IMG/VR virus record: IMGVR_UViG_3300023174_005338
Location: 1-64,000 of that record
Length of the DNA stretch: 64,000 nt
Strand: one strand, 5' to 3'
Positions 58,795 through 64,000 of the stretch are shown piece after piece. The translations under genes and the position numbers were made by a program. How positions within the stretch are numbered: the stretch's first letter is position 1; each line of letters opens with the position of its first letter. Below the pieces are notes generated by a model. The model had not been told where the DNA came from. It ran no database searches and was given only the letters and a program-made list of their open reading frames with translations.

Positions 58795-60810
58795 ATGCTG
58801 AAAAAAATCCTAACTAGCCCCTGGACTGCTCTAATAACATTGGCAGTTATAGTAGCAATACGCATAGCGGATCCTGCATTTGTAGAAAGTGTTCGCTTGC
58901 GTTATTTTGATACCTTGGTGACCAGCAAGCCCGCAGAAGTCACAGGTGTTCATGTTGTAAATATTGATGAAAAGGCTTTAGAACGATATGGTCAGTTTCC
59001 CTTCGCCAGAAATGTATATGCTGGCATCATCCAAGATCTTTATCGCCGCAACGCTGGTCTTGTTGTTTTTAATATTCTTACTCCTGATCGCGATCGCATG
59101 GGTCGCGATGCGGCGTATGTGGCGGCGTTGCAAAAACATGCTACGGTTCTTCCAAGCATAGGCAGCACAGCGACTCGTAACCAACCTAGGAATCCCGGAA
59201 GTGCGGTGATCGGTCCCCTGGATACTAACAATTTTGTGACCTATCCTGGAATCATTGCCAACATACCTGCTGTGGAACGTGCGGCCATAGGCGTAGGTAT
59301 CACTAACACCTTGCCCGAGATAGATGGTGTGGTACGTAGAATGCCCATGGTAGTGGCTGTTGATGGTAAGTTATATCCCAGTCTGGCCATGGAAGTCATG
59401 CGTGTGGCCGCAGGTGACTCGACTTTCCAAGTCAAAGTAAATGAACAGGGCGTGGAAAAAATGCGTATTCCACAGTTTGGCCCAGTGAGTACAGATAGCC
59501 TCAGCAGGATCTGGATTGACTGGAGCCTGACTCCAGAACGTCACGGCTTAACCGACTTGCCCCAGGACTTTGATGGCGAGATAGTTATTGTGGGAGTCAG
59601 TGCCGCAGGCCTGTCCAATCCTGTGGCCACCAGCCTGGGTGAGATGTTGCCACAAGACTTGCAAGCCGCTGTGATATCAACAGTGATAGCCAACAAGATC
59701 AGACCAGCTATTACTCGTCCTGACTGGGCAGATGGTGCAGAGATAATCACCTTGGTCGTGCTTGCGGTGACATTGATATTTTTAGGGAGATGGACCTATG
59801 TTGGTATTGCTGGCAGTGTTGTTGTCATTGGTATTTGTGTTTGGGTTCCTGGTGCTTTGTACTCGAGCCATGCTTGGCTCACTGACGTCACTTTGGTTGT
59901 TGGGGGTCTTGTTGCTGTGCTTCTGCATGCTTATGGAGTACGGTTTGTATCAGAGTATCTTGCTAAACAACAAATAAAGAAACAGTTTGGCACCTACTTG
60001 AGTCCGGCCATGGTCGAGAAACTTCAGAAGAATCCAGAACTGCTGAAGTTGGGCGGTGAAAGCAGAGAGTTGAGTATCATGTTCACTGATGTGCGTGGCT
60101 TTACTACCATCAGCGAACACTACGGTGCCGACGTTCAAGGACTGACCAAGATCATGAACAGATATATGACAGCCATGACCGCCAAAATCATAGAGAACGA
60201 AGGTACCTTGGACAAGTACATAGGTGATGCACAGATGGCATTTTGGAATGCACCCTTGGATGACGCTGATCATGCTGTCAATGCTGTGCGTACTGCTTTA
60301 CAAATGATGGAGAGTTTGGATGAGTTCAATCGTGAAATCAGTGCAGAAGGCATTCCGCCTTTTGGCATGGGCCTTGGCATCAATACTGGTACCGTGGTCG
60401 TTGGTAATATGGGCAGCGATCAGCGTTTTGATTACACCTGCCTTGGTGACAGCGTTAATCTGGCGAGCCGACTCGAAGGCCAGTCAAAACCTTATGGCGT
60501 TCGCATCATACTGGGACCGCGTACTAGTGAGCTTGTCAGAGATTCCTACCCAGTTGCGGAACTAGACTGCATAGCAGTAAAAGGCAAGACCGAAGGCGTC
60601 CGCATATATACACTGGCAGAAGAAACACAGTTGCACAAAGATTTTATCACCTTGTATTACGCTGGCGAATGGAAACAAGCACAGGCCTTGATTCCAGGAT
60701 GCATCAAAGCCTGCCCAGAACTGGAGGCATATTATGGGGCCATGGATGAACGACTTGCGGCAGGTAAGCCAGATGACTGGATGGGAACCTATAAGGCTAC
60801 ATCTAAATGA
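58795..60810 (+). CDS. CHASE2-domain class III adenylyl cyclase
   Basis: N-terminal TM; CHASE2 (VVNIDE..L..YGQFP..R, DGVVRR.P); three TMs; FTDVRGFT, DKYIGD, GINTG, DYT.LGD.VNLASRLE. Confidence 0.93.
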   Translation: MLKKILTSPWTALITLAVIVAIRIADPAFVESVRLRYFDTLVTSKPAEVTGVHVVNIDEKALERYGQFPFARNVYAGIIQDLYRRNAGLVVFNILTPDRDRMGRDAAYVAALQKHATVLPSIGSTATRNQPRNPGSAVIGPLDTNNFVTYPGIIANIPAVERAAIGVGITNTLPEIDGVVRRMPMVVAVDGKLYPSLAMEVMRVAAGDSTFQVKVNEQGVEKMRIPQFGPVSTDSLSRIWIDWSLTPERHGLTDLPQDFDGEIVIVGVSAAGLSNPVATSLGEMLPQDLQAAVISTVIANKIRPAITRPDWADGAEIITLVVLAVTLIFLGRWTYVGIAGSVVVIGICVWVPGALYSSHAWLTDVTLVVGGLVAVLLHAYGVRFVSEYLAKQQIKKQFGTYLSPAMVEKLQKNPELLKLGGESRELSIMFTDVRGFTTISEHYGADVQGLTKIMNRYMTAMTAKIIENEGTLDKYIGDAQMAFWNAPLDDADHAVNAVRTALQMMESLDEFNREISAEGIPPFGMGLGINTGTVVVGNMGSDQRFDYTCLGDSVNLASRLEGQSKPYGVRIILGPRTSELVRDSYPVAELDCIAVKGKTEGVRIYTLAEETQLHKDFITLYYAGEWKQAQALIPGCIKACPELEAYYGAMDERLAAGKPDDWMGTYKATSK

Positions 60811-60959
60811 TTATGTCAATTGGTGGGTGGACTGTGCCACCTGGACTTATTTAAACTTGTGGTTCTTGCCACATCGCATGCCAGGGTTGCATTCGGACGT
60901 GGATAAATTTGTAAGCCAATTTACTCTAAATGGAATCAAGGCCTCAAATATCTGCCGAC

Positions 60960-61397
60960 CTAGTTGACAGGTATTCTCAGTCTAAAGCCAATGGCACTGG
61001 CACCTGTGCTGTCAACCCTAGGCAAAATCAAGGTACAGGCCCACTTATAACAGGCTTCAGGAAAGGCCATGGGCAACACTGCGGCACGTTGGTATCCAGT
61101 GACGGCACCCACAGCAATGCCAATATCCCAACCATCCTTTTTATAAACCGCATAACGACCATAGGCATAGGTGCTGCCACTGTATTCTGAATTGCGGTAC
61201 CAGCCTCCGGCTACAGATATCCTGTCGGTGATACCTTGCTCTAGTCCAGCACCCCAGTTGAAACCATTGTATCCAGACCGGTCATGGACACTGATGCCAT
61301 TGACCTGTACATAGGTTTGAGCCGACAAACTATTTGCAACGACAAAAAACAACACACCCAAACAGTATTTTGAATTGTATAGAATTTTTTTTATCAT
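60960..61397 (-). CDS. PagP-like outer-membrane beta-barrel
   Basis: Signal peptide; S.H.R..YN..NWG.G, Y.NS, G.VTGY, P. Confidence 0.55.
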   Translation of the reverse strand: MIKKILYNSKYCLGVLFFVVANSLSAQTYVQVNGISVHDRSGYNGFNWGAGLEQGITDRISVAGGWYRNSEYSGSTYAYGRYAVYKKDGWDIGIAVGAVTGYQRAAVLPMAFPEACYKWACTLILPRVDSTGASAIGFRLRIPVN

Positions 61398-61404
61398 GTA
61401 GAAA

Positions 61405-62694
61405 TTACTTTTTATCAAAATTATCAACAAAGTGTTGCATTATTTTAGGAAGGTTAGTAGTCGACCAATAATGTTGTAGTTCTGGCATCTTTTGTAGTTC
61501 AGCGAATCTGACAATTTCTTTTTCAAAGTCTGGATACATTTTAAGAGTGTCAAAAGCACAATCAAAGTTTTGCTTTAACTCATCTATCACAAAATTAAAA
61601 AAATTTTCACTAAAAAAATGTGTTTGATTATGAAGAACTATCTGTTCTATCTGTTGCATTTTACTGAATTTTTCTTCGGGGCTCCAGGCATTTATGGTTT
61701 TCATCAGCTGTATTATGGTCAGCATACGATCATAGGGATCCTCAATGCTGTCATAGCTTTCGTCCCAAACCAAGTCAAAGGTCTTGAATCCATATTCTTT
61801 CAAATACTGCAAACTGCCATGTGTGGCAACTAATATAAAAGGTTGACCGCATGCTATAGGACGTAGAATTTTTTCAGTCAAGTGTAATCGATCGTCATCG
61901 AACAAGGTTTCCAACACCACTTCGATTTCAGTGCAGTTATAATCTCTTGAATCAAAATCTCCACTGGCCGTAGACAAAGCAGTGGTCTTGGGCACATGAT
62001 GCTCCAGCACATGTTCTGGTCGCCAAACAGGATTATGAAAGTTATAGTCAGAGTAGTGTATATCTGTGTCGGAATCCACAGGGTTACAGTGGGTCAGGCA
62101 TTGATCAACCAGTTGATGCGTGATCAGTAGATCCGTAAATTTCAGTCTATATTCTCTGGTGCCGGTCCAGGCGCGATTGTATATTAAAAATTTCTTTTTG
62201 CTATTTTTCTTAAAAACTTCGTGTTGCGCATATCTAAACCAATCTCTAGCTATGATTGCATGACTCCAGTAGTAGACCGACAACAATTGACTTTGATGAT
62301 TGGCCGGAGGCTCGAGATATTTTTCTAAATTTTTTGACCTGCGTTCACTGTGCAGTAACAGGCTTTTACCAAATAAATTTTTTCGAAAATTTATGTTAAA
62401 GGCAGGTTTGGCCAAGTTCAGATCATTTAAAATTTGCACCAGTTTTGCGGGTAAAATATCGTCTGATTTTTGTTGTTGATTCAATCGTTCATAATCTAGT
62501 GCTTCTTGGTCGTGGCAAAAAACAATTGGCCATAAAAAATTTGCCAAAAAAGATTCATGTTCTCTCAATGGCAACAATTGATCAATATTTTTTGCACCAT
62601 CTGGATAAAAACGATAAATTAATACACGCCCATCATAGCTGTGACAGGCAATATTGTCAATAAAATGATACAGACTATCTAATGGAACACTCAT
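61405..62694 (-). CDS. GT-B/GT10-like glycosyltransferase-like protein, paralog of 15711..16799
   Basis: VVLET..LTEK..RPI..GQPF..L..YGFKTF..WDESYD.IED. Confidence 0.6.
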   Translation of the reverse strand: MSVPLDSLYHFIDNIACHSYDGRVLIYRFYPDGAKNIDQLLPLREHESFLANFLWPIVFCHDQEALDYERLNQQQKSDDILPAKLVQILNDLNLAKPAFNINFRKNLFGKSLLLHSERRSKNLEKYLEPPANHQSQLLSVYYWSHAIIARDWFRYAQHEVFKKNSKKKFLIYNRAWTGTREYRLKFTDLLITHQLVDQCLTHCNPVDSDTDIHYSDYNFHNPVWRPEHVLEHHVPKTTALSTASGDFDSRDYNCTEIEVVLETLFDDDRLHLTEKILRPIACGQPFILVATHGSLQYLKEYGFKTFDLVWDESYDSIEDPYDRMLTIIQLMKTINAWSPEEKFSKMQQIEQIVLHNQTHFFSENFFNFVIDELKQNFDCAFDTLKMYPDFEKEIVRFAELQKMPELQHYWSTTNLPKIMQHFVDNFDKK

Positions 62695-62723
62695 AGCAGA
62701 TTATATATTTACTTGAATGATCA

Positions 62724-63254
62724 ATGTCAAATAAAAATTACTACCTACACAAGTACCAATTGTATCCTTTTTGGGATGATGAATACCAACGACTGAACTA
62801 TGTGAATGAATCATTCAACGATGCCGATCAACTACAGGACTGGCAACAGCTGGGTTACGGTTGCAAGTTTACCGGAGACATGTGTGACATGCGTGATCCG
62901 CAACCGATCTGGAATCAGAGATTTATTGACATATTTTCCGGACAAGGATGGCATGATGTTGGTACCAGCTACTACCGAATGGGCACAGGTACAGTGTTGC
63001 CCACACATCAGGATCGTTATGTCAAATACATTTCCTTGTTTGGTCTGCAGGGTCGAGAACACACCATACGTAGAGCCATTGTATTCCTGGAAGACTGGCA
63101 ACAGGGGCACTATGCTGAATATAAAGGTCGGCCCTATGTAAATTGGCGTGCCGGAGCTGTCATAGAATGGACCTATGACACACCACACATGGCGGCTAAT
63201 CTAGGGCCAACTCCAAGATACACCTTGCAAATAACTGGACATGTACCTGATTAA
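62724..63254 (+). CDS. 2OG-Fe(II) oxygenase/cupin-like hydroxylase
   Basis: LPTHQD (HxD), PHMAAN, RYTLQITG. Confidence 0.7.
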   Translation: MSNKNYYLHKYQLYPFWDDEYQRLNYVNESFNDADQLQDWQQLGYGCKFTGDMCDMRDPQPIWNQRFIDIFSGQGWHDVGTSYYRMGTGTVLPTHQDRYVKYISLFGLQGREHTIRRAIVFLEDWQQGHYAEYKGRPYVNWRAGAVIEWTYDTPHMAANLGPTPRYTLQITGHVPD

Positions 63255-64000
63255 TACCTGTAACGAATGGGACCCACTGGAAACTGTAGTAGTGGGTTCG
63301 GCCACCGCGGCCAATTGGCCCTCATCTGATCCGGTATTTGCCGAAGAAGGTCAAAAAACAACCTGGACTGAAACACCTGTGCCACAAGGTCCAGTGCCCA
63401 AATTCATTGTTGATCAAGCCAACAGAGAATTAGACACACTGAGTGAGACCTTGTTACGATATGGCGCCACTGTACATAGACCTCGTCCCATGGACTTTGT
63501 AGAAGAAAAAGGCCTGTACAACTATTGCCCCAGAGACCGACTTTTGGTTTGGGGCAACACCGTGGTTGATGTCAACATGATGTATCCTTGTCGCAATCAA
63601 GAAATTACAAATTATTATCGTGTGTTATCACAGGCTCGAACTATACTGACTATGCCTAGAGATAGTGGCATGGTCCTGGATGCAGCCAATGTGTGTAGAT
63701 TGGGCGATACTTGGTTGTTCCTGGAATCGGCTTCGGGCAATCGTGCAGCCTATGAGTGGCTGTGCGAAAAATTTCCTCAAGTGAACATTGAACTGTGCAA
63801 CTTTTATTCGGGAGTTCATATTGACTCAACCATAGTGCCGTTGCGCGAAGGTTTGGTCATGCTCAACGCCAGTCGTGTCAACAAAGACAACTGTCCTCGA
63901 GCATTTGACTATTGGGAAAAGATCTGGGTCACCGACGACATGATAGTAGCGCACGATTTTTACCAATATCCCTATGCAAGCAAATGGATAGCCATGAACA
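63241..64000 (+). CDS. Amidinotransferase (glycine/inosamine-phosphate amidinotransferase family), truncated by window end; not in track
   Basis: Own translation: NEWDPLETVVVG, YCPRD, DAAN, HIDST. Confidence 0.85.
   Translation, partial: MYLINTCNEWDPLETVVVGSATAANWPSSDPVFAEEGQKTTWTETPVPQGPVPKFIVDQANRELDTLSETLLRYGATVHRPRPMDFVEEKGLYNYCPRDRLLVWGNTVVDVNMMYPCRNQEITNYYRVLSQARTILTMPRDSGMVLDAANVCRLGDTWLFLESASGNRAAYEWLCEKFPQVNIELCNFYSGVHIDSTIVPLREGLVMLNASRVNKDNCPRAFDYWEKIWVTDDMIVAHDFYQYPYASKWIAMN

Noticed and set aside
55091-60810. Host chromosomal DNA or a prophage boundary (csg, cyclase and clp genes)
   Set aside because: Genes carry the same TAAATA motif and compact style as the phage core, are interleaved with small phage-like ORFs and lack their usual host partners
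58795-60810. Pycsar or guanylyl cyclase identity
   Set aside because: The specificity residues (Lys in DKYIGD, Thr in DYT) and the CHASE2 architecture indicate a sensor adenylyl cyclase
60734-60967. Small ORF after the cyclase
   Set aside because: No clear start or SD and overlaps both neighbours; cannot be supported
1-64000. Stop-codon reassignment or tRNA genes
   Set aside because: Conserved genes translate full-length in the standard code and end in TAA, TAG or TGA; no cloverleaf recognised by eye

Overview
The window is a gene-dense, mostly plus-strand 64-kb segment of a large T4-like (myovirus-type) dsDNA phage. The host is probably a Proteobacterium, perhaps a freshwater betaproteobacterium (inferred from the IscU, IscA, ClpX, bS21 and PagP-like genes). 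Contents in order: (1) a replication/recombination core (gp32 SSB, UvsX, UvsY, UvsW, clamp-loader-like protein, a miniature DnaE-like protein, primase, a free-standing GIY-YIG/NUMOD3 homing endonuclease, gp41 helicase), interrupted by a 7-kb glycosyltransferase/methyltransferase island; (2) late and virion genes, including a nucleotidyltransferase + ligase-like fusion, a tailspike and a PAAR protein; (3) IscU/IscA, NrdAB and glutaredoxin; (4) an early-promoter accessory region, lipoproteins and DNA ligase; (5) a proteostasis/translation module (YccA/BI-1, ClpX, bS21, Hsp20 with a ROSE-like leader, ClpS); (6) the most striking block, an apparent trans-envelope cyclic-nucleotide signalling system. 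It comprises a metallophosphoesterase, a stand-alone homologue of the cyclase C-terminal tail, two YvrJ/holin-like proteins, CsgF, CsgG-SH3, a curlin-like protein, FecR, a candidate small RNA and a CHASE2 adenylyl cyclase. It is followed by a PagP-like barrel, a GT-like protein, a 2OG oxygenase and an amidinotransferase. A TAAATA late-promoter motif precedes many genes, often only 4-11 nt before the start codon. No tRNA, rRNA or CRISPR array was seen. All calls come from motif recognition by eye; no database search was run.
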